DNA from: Escherichia coli
GTDB taxonomy: Bacteria > Pseudomonadota > Gammaproteobacteria > Enterobacterales > Enterobacteriaceae
Reading direction: 5' to 3' (one strand)
Length of the DNA stretch: 64,000 nucleotides
NCBI RefSeq assembly: GCF_044324785.1
Contig: NZ_CP172127.1
In this document: positions 33,043-43,052 of the stretch, piece by piece
Position numbering within the stretch: position 1 is the first letter of the stretch
How the letters are laid out: each line of letters starts with the position of its first letter
Program-made: the position numbers and the translations under genes
The notes under the pieces: generated by a model
What the model was told of the DNA's origin: nothing
Database searches by the model: none
Seen by the model: the letters and a program-made list of their open reading frames with translations, nothing else

Positions 33043-33945
33043 ATGTCACAGGTTACTGAAAATAAACTGATTAGCGCACCGGTGCCGATGACCCCATTAC
33101 AGGAGTTCTGGCACTATTTTAAACGCAACAAAGGCGCGGTTGTCGGGCTGGTTTACGTCGTCATCGTGCTGTTTATCGCGATCTTTGCCAACTGGATTGC
33201 ACCCTATAACCCGGCGGAACAGTTCCGCGATGCACTGCTCGCCCCGCCAGCCTGGCAGGAAGGCGGCAGCATGGCGCACTTGCTGGGCACCGATGACGTA
33301 GGCCGTGATGTGCTGTCGCGGCTGATGTACGGTGCGCGCTTGTCACTGCTGGTTGGCTGTCTGGTAGTTGTGTTATCGCTGATTATGGGCGTTATTCTCG
33401 GCCTGATCGCCGGTTACTTCGGCGGCCTGGTCGATAACATCATCATGCGCGTGGTCGATATCATGCTGGCGCTGCCAAGTCTGCTGTTGGCACTGGTGCT
33501 GGTGGCGATTTTCGGCCCGTCGATTGGTAACGCCGCGCTGGCGCTGACCTTCGTTGCCTTGCCGCACTATGTGCGCTTAACACGCGCCGCCGTGCTGGTG
33601 GAGGTGAATCGCGATTACGTTACCGCGTCTCGCGTGGCGGGTGCCGGGGCGATGCGCCAGATGTTTATAAACATCTTCCCGAACTGCCTTGCGCCGCTGA
33701 TTGTTCAGGCGTCGCTCGGTTTCTCTAACGCCATTCTCGATATGGCTGCTCTTGGTTTCCTCGGCATGGGGGCGCAGCCGCCAACACCAGAGTGGGGCAC
33801 CATGCTCTCCGACGTGTTGCAGTTCGCGCAAAGCGCCTGGTGGGTCGTGACCTTCCCGGGTCTGGCGATCCTGCTGACGGTGCTGGCATTTAACCTGATG
33901 GGTGACGGTCTGCGTGACGCGCTCGATCCCAAACTGAAGCAGTAA
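33043..33945 (+). CDS. dppC: dipeptide ABC transporter permease DppC
   Basis: 300-aa ORF. Confidence 0.95.
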   Translation: MSQVTENKLISAPVPMTPLQEFWHYFKRNKGAVVGLVYVVIVLFIAIFANWIAPYNPAEQFRDALLAPPAWQEGGSMAHLLGTDDVGRDVLSRLMYGARLSLLVGCLVVVLSLIMGVILGLIAGYFGGLVDNIIMRVVDIMLALPSLLLALVLVAIFGPSIGNAALALTFVALPHYVRLTRAAVLVEVNRDYVTASRVAGAGAMRQMFINIFPNCLAPLIVQASLGFSNAILDMAALGFLGMGAQPPTPEWGTMLSDVLQFAQSAWWVVTFPGLAILLTVLAFNLMGDGLRDALDPKLKQ

Positions 33946-33955
33946 GAGGTTCGAG

Positions 33956-34939
33956 ATGGCGTTATTAAATGTAGATAAATTATCGGTGCATTTCGGCGAC
34001 GAAAGCGCACCGTTCCGCGCCGTAGACCGCATCAGCTACAGCGTAAAACAGGGCGAAGTGGTCGGGATTGTGGGTGAGTCTGGCTCCGGTAAGTCGGTCA
34101 GTTCACTGGCGATTATGGGGCTGATTGATTATCCGGGCCGCGTAATGGCGGAAAAGCTGGTGTTTAACGGTCAGGATTTGCAGCGTATATCAGAAAAAGA
34201 GCGCCGCAACCTGGTGGGTGCCGAAGTGGCGATGATCTTCCAGGACCCGATGACCAGCCTTAACCCGTGCTACACCGTGGGTTTCCAGATTATGGAAGCG
34301 ATTAAGGTGCATCAGGGCGGCAACAAAAGTACCCGCCGTCAGCGGGCGATTGACCTGCTGAATCAGGTCGGTATTCCCGATCCGGCATCGCGTCTGGATG
34401 TTTATCCGCATCAGCTTTCCGGCGGCATGAGCCAGCGTGTAATGATCGCTATGGCAATTGCCTGTCGGCCAAAACTGCTGATTGCCGATGAACCGACCAC
34501 TGCGCTGGACGTGACCATTCAGGCGCAAATTATCGAACTGCTGCTGGAGCTACAGCAGAAAGAGAACATGGCGCTGGTGTTGATCACTCATGACCTGGCA
34601 CTGGTGGCGGAAGCGGCACATAAAATCATCGTGATGTATGCAGGCCAGGTAGTAGAAACGGGCGATGCGCACGCTATCTTCCATGCGCCGCGTCACCCGT
34701 ATACTCAGGCATTGCTGCGTGCGCTGCCGGAATTTGCTCAGGACAAAGAACGTCTGGCGTCGTTGCCAGGTGTCGTTCCCGGCAAGTACGACCGCCCGAA
34801 CGGCTGCCTGCTTAACCCGCGCTGCCCCTACGCCACTGACAAATGCCGTGCTGAAGAACCGGCGCTGAATATGCTCGCTGACGGGCGTCAGTCCAAATGC
34901 CACTACCCACTTGATGATGCCGGGAGGCCGACACTATGA
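33956..34939 (+). CDS. dppD: dipeptide ABC transporter ATP-binding protein DppD
   Basis: 327-aa ORF, Walker A GESGSGKS. Confidence 0.95.
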   Translation: MALLNVDKLSVHFGDESAPFRAVDRISYSVKQGEVVGIVGESGSGKSVSSLAIMGLIDYPGRVMAEKLVFNGQDLQRISEKERRNLVGAEVAMIFQDPMTSLNPCYTVGFQIMEAIKVHQGGNKSTRRQRAIDLLNQVGIPDPASRLDVYPHQLSGGMSQRVMIAMAIACRPKLLIADEPTTALDVTIQAQIIELLLELQQKENMALVLITHDLALVAEAAHKIIVMYAGQVVETGDAHAIFHAPRHPYTQALLRALPEFAQDKERLASLPGVVPGKYDRPNGCLLNPRCPYATDKCRAEEPALNMLADGRQSKCHYPLDDAGRPTL

Positions 34940-35940
34940 GTACGCAAGAGGCCACCTCGCAACAACCGCTGTTGCAGGCTATCGACCTGAAAAAACATTA
35001 TCCGGTGAAGAAAGGTATGTTCGCGCCGGAACGTCTGGTGAAGGCGCTGGACGGCGTTTCGTTTAACCTTGAACGCGGCAAAACGCTGGCGGTAGTAGGG
35101 GAATCTGGCTGCGGTAAATCGACCCTCGGTCGGTTGCTGACGATGATCGAAACGCCCACCGGTGGTGAACTGTATTACCAGGGGCAGGATCTGCTCAAGC
35201 ACGATCCGCAGGCGCAGAAGCTGCGTCGGCAGAAAATCCAGATTGTCTTCCAGAACCCTTACGGTTCGCTGAATCCACGTAAAAAAGTCGGGCAAATTCT
35301 TGAGGAGCCGCTGCTGATTAATACCAGCTTAAGCAAAGAACAGCGTCGGGAAAAAGCCCTGTCGATGATGGCGAAAGTCGGCCTGAAAACCGAACATTAT
35401 GACCGCTATCCGCATATGTTCTCCGGCGGACAACGTCAGCGTATCGCCATCGCCCGTGGTCTGATGCTCGACCCGGACGTGGTGATTGCCGATGAGCCGG
35501 TCTCCGCGCTGGACGTCTCAGTGCGTGCGCAGGTGCTCAACCTGATGATGGATTTGCAGCAGGAGTTGGGGCTTTCTTATGTCTTTATTTCCCACGACCT
35601 GTCGGTTGTGGAGCACATTGCTGATGAAGTGATGGTGATGTACCTGGGCCGCTGCGTGGAGAAGGGAACGAAGGACCAAATCTTCAATAACCCGCGTCAT
35701 CCGTACACTCAGGCGCTACTCTCCGCGACGCCGCGCCTGAACCCGGACGATCGCCGCGAGCGCATTAAGCTCACCGGTGAACTGCCAAGCCCGCTCAATC
35801 CACCGCCGGGCTGTGCCTTCAACGCTCGCTGTCGTCGACGCTTCGGTCCCTGCACCCAGTTGCAGCCGCAGCTAAAAGACTACGGCGGTCAACTGGTAGC
35901 CTGCTTTGCTGTTGATCAGGATGAAAATCCGCAGCGTTAA
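34936..35940 (+). CDS. dppF: dipeptide ABC transporter ATP-binding protein DppF
   Basis: 334-aa ORF, Walker [10 protein letters not shown]; 4-nt overlap with dppD. Confidence 0.95.
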   Translation: MSTQEATSQQPLLQAIDLKKHYPVKKGMFAPERLVKALDGVSFNLERGKTLAVVGESGCGKSTLGRLLTMIETPTGGELYYQGQDLLKHDPQAQKLRRQKIQIVFQNPYGSLNPRKKVGQILEEPLLINTSLSKEQRREKALSMMAKVGLKTEHYDRYPHMFSGGQRQRIAIARGLMLDPDVVIADEPVSALDVSVRAQVLNLMMDLQQELGLSYVFISHDLSVVEHIADEVMVMYLGRCVEKGTKDQIFNNPRHPYTQALLSATPRLNPDDRRERIKLTGELPSPLNPPPGCAFNARCRRRFGPCTQLQPQLKDYGGQLVACFAVDQDENPQR

Positions 35941-35969
35941 CTCATAAAACCGGGGCCGTGCGCTCCGGT

Positions 35970-37241
35970 TTACTCAATCAGCTTCAACAGTGGCGACAAG
36001 CATAGCAAAATGCCGTAAAGCAGAATCAGCCAGGCTTTAAATCCGCGAAGTTTTTCCAGTTGTGCGACTTTATAGATCAGGAAAAATGGAATGAGGCACG
36101 ACACAATGCCATATAACGGACTTCCCAACTGAAAGAACACCAGCACCGATACACGAAACGAAACCCAAATCGTCAACGTAATGACGATAAAAGCGCAGAT
36201 CGCCAGAGTCAGCACGTGTGAGTTAATTTTCTTGGTATCAATAATTCGGCTTAACAGATTGAGAATAATGCCTTTAATGGCCTCGTGGAAACCGAGATAA
36301 ATGCCAAAGAATGCGGTCAGTACGGCAAAGATATTCAGCACCGTAGAGGTGATATGAATGATATGCCCAGGGATCACCTGCGCGGCCAGTGCCAGTGCCG
36401 AGATATTTTGTTCAAAGGCAGAAACGGCTTCTTCGTGGCTAATTGAGAAGGTAAACGAAAAGGCAAAAAACAGTATCACCGCGATGAGCGTGATATAACT
36501 AATTCGGTGGGTACGCAGCGCGAGCCGGGTTGCCAGTACTTTATCCGCTTCCCGTTTACGATAGGCAATATTCATTGGGTTAAGTACCTGAATAAATACT
36601 GCAGAAAAGAAGCAAAATGGAATGGTAAGCAGGACATCGCGGAAAAAGACGGAGGCTTGCGGGAAGGCGGTTATATTGGCGAAATTCCAGTGCGGGATCA
36701 TCGCAAAACCGAACACGACAATAATCCCTACTTTGACCACCACCATTGGCCCGGAAATCTTAAACAGTAATCGTTCACCACCAGACGCAATCGCCACCAG
36801 TACGGCGAAAATAGCGACTTTATAAAGTAGAGATTGTGAAAGATCGGCATCGGTTAAACCGAAGGTTTTCAGGTACGAGGCGCTGTCGAAAACCACGGAG
36901 AGAGAGTAGATAAAAATCCCGTGGATAATCATCAAAAAGTAGATAACCCCGAGGAAAATTCCCCAGTTCTTCCCCAGGTAATGACTGATAATATCGGTGT
37001 AGTCATTACAGGAATCGCTTTCAGAAAGGGTTTTTAAATAAATATCCTGCACTACCCAGGTGGCAGGATAAGCAATGATCGCTGCGGTAATAAATACCCA
37101 AATTCCCTTCAAGCCAATTTGTACTGGCATCAGCACGGTTCCGGCACCAATCGCCATGCCTATACATAATAAAACCCAGCCGAAGTCGTAGCGTGTAAAC
37201 GGCAATTTCTGATCGTGTTTCGGTAGTGTGTTGTGCTGCAT
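35970..37241 (-). CDS. yhjV: putative amino-acid transporter YhjV
   Basis: 423 aa from [34 protein letters not shown]...; six-frame ORF is N-terminally extended. Confidence 0.88.
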   Translation of the reverse strand: MQHNTLPKHDQKLPFTRYDFGWVLLCIGMAIGAGTVLMPVQIGLKGIWVFITAAIIAYPATWVVQDIYLKTLSESDSCNDYTDIISHYLGKNWGIFLGVIYFLMIIHGIFIYSLSVVFDSASYLKTFGLTDADLSQSLLYKVAIFAVLVAIASGGERLLFKISGPMVVVKVGIIVVFGFAMIPHWNFANITAFPQASVFFRDVLLTIPFCFFSAVFIQVLNPMNIAYRKREADKVLATRLALRTHRISYITLIAVILFFAFSFTFSISHEEAVSAFEQNISALALAAQVIPGHIIHITSTVLNIFAVLTAFFGIYLGFHEAIKGIILNLLSRIIDTKKINSHVLTLAICAFIVITLTIWVSFRVSVLVFFQLGSPLYGIVSCLIPFFLIYKVAQLEKLRGFKAWLILLYGILLCLSPLLKLIE

Positions 37242-37596
37242 AAAGTCCTGTCCAGAAAGAAGTCGGCCTCGCAAAAATGAATAAACCCAGTTTCTCTTGC
37301 GCAACAGGTGGAGAAGTCGATACGCAGTATGTAAAAAATGAGGCAATAGATTCACTGGGGAGGTCGCGAGGAGGCGCAATTCTACAAAATTGCGCATTTC
37401 ACTACCAGTCTGGAGTCAGCCCGGATATGAACTGCAACTATTGCAAATAAAGAAATTAAGCTGGAAGGCATCACGCAATGAGGAAGATAGCCGGGTGCTG
37501 ACGGTAAAAAGCAATCGTAAAATCAGCGGCAAGCCGGAAAGGTTCCGGTGAGGCGCAATGTTGCGGGGGCTTAATCCCTGGTGGCATTGGTTGCTG

Positions 37597-37665
37597 GAGA
37601 GAGAAAACCCCCGCACGTTGCAGGTATGCACCTGACAACATCACGGGGGCCATTCTTGAACCTGA
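37597..37665 (-). ncRNA. rdlD: putative Rdl antisense RNA, copy 1 (approximate bounds)
   Basis: Minus-strand hairpin (ggggg...ccccc) with U-tract inside the ldr leader; placement by analogy with K-12 ldrD/rdlD. Confidence 0.35.
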
Positions 37666-37715
37666 ACAACTCAAGAATAGCCGCGAAACGTTGTCATTAC
37701 AACTCAGGCGGCTAT

Positions 37716-37823
37716 ATGACGCTCGCAGAACTGGGCATGGCCTTCTGGCATGATTTAGCGGCTCCGGTCATTGCTGGCATTCTTGCCAGCATGATCGTGA
37801 ACTGGCTGAATAAGCGGAAGTAA
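37716..37823 (+). CDS. ldrD: Ldr-family type I toxin peptide (35 aa), copy 1
   Basis: MTLAELGMAFWHDLAAPVIAGILASMIVNWLNKRK. Confidence 0.85.
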   Translation: MTLAELGMAFWHDLAAPVIAGILASMIVNWLNKRK

Positions 37824-37876
37824 CGTGTCAGACGGGCGTCAGGCTGCCGTAATGGCAAGTTGCGCCCGGATCAGAC

Positions 37877-37908
37877 CGCAGGGATAAAACTCTGCGGCCT
37901 TTTTCGTA
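37877..37908 (+). terminator. terminator of ldr copy 1
   Basis: ccgcag...ctgcgg hairpin followed by CCTTTTTCGT. Confidence 0.65.
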
Positions 37909-38079
37909 AGAAAAATGCAACGGTTGCAAGCGGATAATATTCTGCGGAATGCGCAGCACAGAGTGAAGACGTGACGGATTCCGGAACAGAAAAACAGTCG
38001 TAGAATCAGCGGCAAGCCGGAAAGGTTCCGGTGAGGCGCAATGTTGCGGGGGCTTAATCCCTGGTGGCATTGGTTGCTG

Positions 38080-38148
38080 GAGAGAGAAAACCCCCGCACG
38101 TTGCAGGTATGCACCTGACAACACCACGGGGGCCATTCTTGCATCCAA
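38080..38148 (-). ncRNA. putative Rdl antisense RNA, copy 2 (approximate bounds)
   Basis: Same structure as copy 1, shifted by 483 nt. Confidence 0.35.
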
Positions 38149-38198
38149 ACAATACAAGAATAGCCGCGAAACGTTGTCATTACAACAGAGGCGGCTAT

Positions 38199-38306
38199 AT
38201 GACGCTCGCAGAACTGGGCATGGCCTTCTGGCATGATTTAGCGGCTCCGGTCATTGCTGGCATTCTTGCCAGTCTGATCGTGAACTGGCTGAACACGCGG
38301 AAGTAA
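38199..38306 (+). CDS. Ldr-family type I toxin peptide (35 aa), copy 2 (variant C-terminus)
   Basis: MTLAELGMAFWHDLAAPVIAGILASLIVNWLNTRK; differs from copy 1 at two residues. Confidence 0.85.
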   Translation: MTLAELGMAFWHDLAAPVIAGILASLIVNWLNTRK

Positions 38307-38392
38307 CGTGTCAGACGGGCGTCAGGCTGCCGTAATGGCAATTTGCGCCCGGACCAGGCCGCAGGGGGAAAACTCTGCGGCCTTTTTCGTTC

Positions 38393-40072
38393 TTATTGCG
38401 GGTAAGGTACCCAGTCGCCGCCATTCAGGCGAACGTACGGTTTATCCTGGTATTGAATAACTACTGCATTTGAGTTCTCGGAGACCGGTGCTGTTTGTGG
38501 CAACCCACTGGTGAGTTTTTTCCAGTCAACATTGTCGTCGGAGAAAATCTTGCCATCAAGAACGCGAACCACCAGATCGGAGATAGCCAGGAAGCTGCTC
38601 GGTTGGTCGATGACAATCGGTGCCCCCTGATGTGGTGCCTTCATGCCGAAGAATTTCACCCCAACGGGGACGTCTGTGATAGACGGGCTGGGGATATCAC
38701 GTAGGCCAGATACCTGCATTCTGTCGCCCTTCAGCGCGCCACCGTGTTCCGGCACCACTACCACCATCACTTTACGACCCGATTTCTCCAGTTCAGTAAA
38801 GAAGGCGTCCAGCTCATCAAAGAATTTCTGCGCTCGCGCTTTGTAATCCGCTGTTTTGCTGACGCCCGGATAATGGTTGCCGTCATGCAGTGGAAGCGTG
38901 TTGTAGAACGTGGCACTACGGCTGTTTTTATCTTTTTCGGTAACGTCCAGCCAGCGGTTAAGCACGGCGGTATCGTCATAAACCGGCGAACCATCAAAGC
39001 CCAGCAAAATAACCGGCAGATTTGTTTGATCCATCAATTCGGTCTGCATGCCGCCATTTTCGCGAACTTCTTTCAAAAAACCGCCGAACTGGCCGTTATG
39101 TCCCATCATCAGGTGCTGGGTAAAGCCCAGTTTCGACAGGTTATCAAACAGATAGCAGTCGTTATTTGCCGGTTGATACAGATTAGTGTGCGAAGTCTGC
39201 CCGCAGCTGGCGCGCAGTAAACGGATCGCCGCCGGGCCACTGTAGGAGGTGGCGGAGTTAAAGTTCTTGAACTCAATATCGAAATGCGACCACAGCGGAT
39301 GCGACATCAACCCGGCGGCTTCAATATCCGACCAGGAAAGCGAACAAATATTAATCATCAGTAGTTCAAATGGCTGAGCATCAGCGGGCAGCGAAGACGG
39401 GAAGGTCGATTTACGTTTCGCCTCTGCGTTATAGAAATTATTCAGCCAGGCGTTAAGGTTCGCCGTTGTTGGCGGTGCAGTTTGTGCGGGCATATCACCC
39501 ACTACCGGTGCGCCACCCGTCGCGGCAACGGTTGCCGCTGCGTTACCACCCGTCGTTGTTACAGTGGTCGTCGGTTGACCGGCAGGCCACAAGGAGAAAC
39601 TTGGTCCCGCCAGGGTAAGTACGTTCAGCCATAGCAGAATGGCAACCACAAAAACGGTAATGCGAATCCATTGTGACAGGAATAACCAGGCCACTAATAA
39701 AACAAAAATGGCCCCAATCATCTGCCAGTTAATAAAGCGTGTGACAAGGTCGATTAAATAATCGGTACTGAACCCCGCCACCTGCGAACCCTGGCTCATT
39801 ATGCTTTCCGGGCCAGGCAACCAGGTGTCATGCCAGAACAAAGCAAAGCCGATCGGCAGGGCAATCCAGTGGCGTAAGCGATGCAGGCTGTAGCGCGGAA
39901 TGGGCATCAGCAGAAACGCGGCAAACACCAGATTGAGGAGCGGATGGAAGTTAAGATATCCCGCCCACAACAGGCCGAACTTAACCAGAAAATAGAAGTT
40001 CCAGCCGGAAAGGCCGCGCCAGTATTGCCAGAGGGAAGAAGGCATGGCGGTATTTTGCGTAAATTGAGTCAT
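38393..40072 (-). CDS. bcsG: cellulose biosynthesis protein BcsG (phosphoethanolamine transferase)
   Basis: 559-aa [39 protein letters not shown]... Confidence 0.93.
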   Translation of the reverse strand: MTQFTQNTAMPSSLWQYWRGLSGWNFYFLVKFGLLWAGYLNFHPLLNLVFAAFLLMPIPRYSLHRLRHWIALPIGFALFWHDTWLPGPESIMSQGSQVAGFSTDYLIDLVTRFINWQMIGAIFVLLVAWLFLSQWIRITVFVVAILLWLNVLTLAGPSFSLWPAGQPTTTVTTTGGNAAATVAATGGAPVVGDMPAQTAPPTTANLNAWLNNFYNAEAKRKSTFPSSLPADAQPFELLMINICSLSWSDIEAAGLMSHPLWSHFDIEFKNFNSATSYSGPAAIRLLRASCGQTSHTNLYQPANNDCYLFDNLSKLGFTQHLMMGHNGQFGGFLKEVRENGGMQTELMDQTNLPVILLGFDGSPVYDDTAVLNRWLDVTEKDKNSRSATFYNTLPLHDGNHYPGVSKTADYKARAQKFFDELDAFFTELEKSGRKVMVVVVPEHGGALKGDRMQVSGLRDIPSPSITDVPVGVKFFGMKAPHQGAPIVIDQPSSFLAISDLVVRVLDGKIFSDDNVDWKKLTSGLPQTAPVSENSNAVVIQYQDKPYVRLNGGDWVPYPQ

Positions 40073-40260
40073 TTTTTGGTTGCCTTGGCTTTTTCCGTGC
40101 GGCGTAACGTCCCGGCCGGTTTAACATAACGAGGTTTAGCAAAGAACAAACGTAAGGTGTCGCGAATGCGTCGCAAAGAGTGCCGCGCCAGATAGCCCAG
40201 CGGGAAAAATATCAGTGCGCAAACGACAATAATTTCAATGATATCGCTGATGGTCATCAT
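40069..40260 (-). CDS. bcsF: cellulose biosynthesis protein BcsF
   Basis: 63-aa ORF with one TM helix; 4-nt overlaps with bcsE and bcsG. Confidence 0.88.
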   Translation of the reverse strand: MMTISDIIEIIVVCALIFFPLGYLARHSLRRIRDTLRLFFAKPRYVKPAGTLRRTEKAKATKK

Positions 40261-41828
40261 GATGAGCGCTCCACAGCATCATCTAACAGTCGCATTGGTT
40301 CTGGTATTCGTCGCCAGTGGCGACCATCGTGCTCGGCATTAATGACCGGTTTAGAACTTTGCGTTAAAGGCAGCGGCATGCCCCATTGTTCTGGGGCAAG
40401 CAGGCGCATCTGCACCAGCTCGGCACTGATTTGATCATCTTCAAACCAGACCATACGGTTTGAGAAAATGTCGCCAGTCGGCAATGGGAAAATATGATTC
40501 AACGCGGTATCCAGATCGTTAATCCGACAGAATGAGAGAAACAGCACCAGCCGATTACCGCCAATGGTCATGATATCGCCGGTACGGTTAGGGCGACACA
40601 GCGTCAGGGCTTGTTCAACGCGGATACCCGGTACCGGACGTAGGGCAACCAGAACGCCTTTACCGTGGGCAGGTAATAGAGGGTTATTCATCATGTTGTT
40701 GACGGCATTACAGAACACATCCCACTTCTGGAAACCACGCAGTTTGAGCGGCTGGGTCATTGACAGCAAGGTAGTGATATCTTCCGGCACATAGCGACTA
40801 AATTTCTGCCCTTGCACGCTTTCGATCATCGTCAGACAACGGGAGAGTGGCGCATTCCACGGGATAACCATATTTGCACCGCAGGCCAATAACAAACGTT
40901 CATCGGTGGCGCGCAGGCTAGCGGTATTTTCCCGTACGAGGATTTTCATCGCACTACCGCGCTGGCGACGCAGGGTATGAATGCTGCGGGCCAGTGGCTC
41001 GATTTGCGCATTTTGCTGTAAAGAAAAGACCACCGTCGCCGCCTGAGCGGTACGGGCTTCATTGAACAGGACTTCGTTATTGTTGAACAGTTGCCAGTGT
41101 TCCGATAGCGGCGGCGCACCTTCCAGTACAGCAACATTACTCAGAATGCGTTTTTCGTCGCTGCGTGGTTGGATCTCCGCCTCTTCGCTTTGAACTAAGG
41201 TCCAGATACCCTTTTGTTGCTGAACGCTAAGCTGCTGACGGGCGCTGACCCCTTTTTCGTTGCACCAGAAGGCAATATCCAGCAAATGTTGGTCGCCCTG
41301 AAAACGCAAACTGGCAAGACCAAAAAGTGAACGGTATTCCTCAAGCAACAATGAAAATTGTTTATCGTTATTATTTCCGGGATTAATTACCAAAAGCGAA
41401 CAATGGTTTAACCTGCTCCATTTATTCATTTTATCCAACCATGAGCGAAGCCGCTCGGCAGGAATGTTTTGCCATGCGTTATTTGCGCAAACAAGAATAA
41501 AAAGGTAATTATGGGGATCAATAGAACACTGCAAATCACGGGCCAAATAGTATAGACCTTTTTCATGATTTAGCATTGAAAATAATTTTATTTTTTCCGG
41601 CCCTTGAGAATCATCTAATTGAAAGATTTTCGCCGGATCGCTGTCCATGCTAATGACCGCGACGTGTGCGGTTTCAGCCTGGGATGCAATTGTTTGATTC
41701 GCCAGACTGATAGCATCTTCATGGCGATCGACGTTAAACCACCAGACGCCGCCTGCTGGCATATGTCGCAGCTCATCCCATAATGATGAGATACCGATAG
41801 AGAATACAGGGTCCACAATGTCCCTCAT
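40257..41828 (-). CDS. bcsE: cellulose biosynthesis c-di-GMP-binding protein BcsE
   Basis: 523-aa [23 protein letters not shown]... Confidence 0.93.
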   Translation of the reverse strand: MRDIVDPVFSIGISSLWDELRHMPAGGVWWFNVDRHEDAISLANQTIASQAETAHVAVISMDSDPAKIFQLDDSQGPEKIKLFSMLNHEKGLYYLARDLQCSIDPHNYLFILVCANNAWQNIPAERLRSWLDKMNKWSRLNHCSLLVINPGNNNDKQFSLLLEEYRSLFGLASLRFQGDQHLLDIAFWCNEKGVSARQQLSVQQQKGIWTLVQSEEAEIQPRSDEKRILSNVAVLEGAPPLSEHWQLFNNNEVLFNEARTAQAATVVFSLQQNAQIEPLARSIHTLRRQRGSAMKILVRENTASLRATDERLLLACGANMVIPWNAPLSRCLTMIESVQGQKFSRYVPEDITTLLSMTQPLKLRGFQKWDVFCNAVNNMMNNPLLPAHGKGVLVALRPVPGIRVEQALTLCRPNRTGDIMTIGGNRLVLFLSFCRINDLDTALNHIFPLPTGDIFSNRMVWFEDDQISAELVQMRLLAPEQWGMPLPLTQSSKPVINAEHDGRHWRRIPEPMRLLDDAVERSS

Positions 41829-42099
41829 GTCATCATTTTGTCTGATTATCAGTTTACTAGCGAAAGCTAAGAAATAAACCTACCATTGAAATTAAAACTT
41901 ATCAGATTTAGCATGTGAATCAATTTAGCAGGTCACAAGACGTGTGATTTTAGTCTTTTCGTTTTTAACTTTTTTTGTTGCGTAACGGAAAGTCAAAAAG
42001 TGAGCAAATTCCCGTCTCGCCGTAAACAATAAACCGGCGAAATGCTCACGGTTAGAATTGTCTCATGAACGGTACGGTTATTTCATAGGGATCAAGCAA

Positions 42100-42288
42100 A
42101 TGAATAACAATGAACCAGATACTCTGCCTGATCCCGCGATAGGCTATATCTTCCAGAATGATATTTTGGCGTTAAAGCAGGCATTTTCACTGCCTGATAT
42201 TGATTATGCCGATATTTCCCAACGCGAACAGTTGGCCGCGGCATTAAAACGCTGGCCGTTGCTGGCAGAGTTTGCGCAACAAAAGTAG
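42100..42288 (+). CDS. bcsR: cellulose biosynthesis protein BcsR
   Basis: 62 aa MNNNEPDTLPDPAIGYIFQNDILALKQAF...; divergent from bcsE. Confidence 0.85.
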   Translation: MNNNEPDTLPDPAIGYIFQNDILALKQAFSLPDIDYADISQREQLAAALKRWPLLAEFAQQK

Positions 42289-42299
42289 GGGATTGGTGA

Positions 42300-43052
42300 A
42301 TGGCCGTACTGGGATTGCAGGGGGTGCGGGGAGGCGTGGGGACAACAACCATCACCGCCGCATTAGCCTGGTCATTACAAATGTTGGGAGAAAATGTCCT
42401 GGTGGTCGATGCCTGCCCGGACAACTTGTTGCGCCTGTCATTTAACGTTGATTTTACCCACCGTCAGGGCTGGGCCAGAGCTATGCTGGATGGCCAGGAC
42501 TGGCGTGACGCCGGGTTGCGCTACACCTCGCAGCTCGATTTGCTGCCTTTTGGTCAGTTATCCATTGAAGAACAAGAAAATCCACAGCACTGGCAAACCC
42601 GGTTGAGCGATATTTGCTCCGGCTTACAGCAACTAAAATCCAGCGGGCGTTACCAGTGGATTTTAATCGACTTACCGCGTGATGCCTCGCAGATAACCCA
42701 CCAGCTGCTGAGTTTGTGCGATCACTCGCTGTCAATCGTCAATGTGGATGCCAACTGCCATATCCGACTGCATCAGCAAGCGCTGCCGGATGGCGCACAT
42801 ATTTTGATTAATGACTTCCGTATCGGCAGTCAGGTTCAGGACGATATTTACCAGCTTTGGTTGCAAAGCCAGCGCCGATTACTGCCGATGCTCATTCATC
42901 GTGATGAAGCGATGGCTGAATGCCTGGCGGCTAAGCAACCAGTCGGTGAATACCGCAGTGATGCGCTGGCGGCTGAAGAGATACTGACGCTGGCGAACTG
43001 GTGCCTGTTGAACTATTCCGGGCTGAAAACGCCAGTCGGGAGTGCATCATGA
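42300..43052 (+). CDS. bcsQ: cellulose biosynthesis protein BcsQ (ParA/MinD-like ATPase), apparently full length
   Basis: 250-aa uninterrupted ORF MAVLGLQGVRGGVGTTTITAALAW...; codon 6 is TTG (Leu). Confidence 0.9.
   Translation: MAVLGLQGVRGGVGTTTITAALAWSLQMLGENVLVVDACPDNLLRLSFNVDFTHRQGWARAMLDGQDWRDAGLRYTSQLDLLPFGQLSIEEQENPQHWQTRLSDICSGLQQLKSSGRYQWILIDLPRDASQITHQLLSLCDHSLSIVNVDANCHIRLHQQALPDGAHILINDFRIGSQVQDDIYQLWLQSQRRLLPMLIHRDEAMAECLAAKQPVGEYRSDALAAEEILTLANWCLLNYSGLKTPVGSAS

Larger units (their letters stand above)
37515..38390 (+). repeat. two tandem copies of an ~390-nt ldr/rdl (long direct repeat) unit, period ~483 bp (about 37515-37907 and 37998-38390)
   Basis: Read directly: near-identical sequence blocks including leader, 35-codon ORF and terminator. 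Confidence 0.9.

Noticed and set aside
37400-38400. Possible CRISPR array, considered because of the direct repeats
   Set aside because: Repeat unit is ~480 bp and encodes the Ldr peptide; there are no short regularly spaced repeats with unique spacers anywhere in the window.
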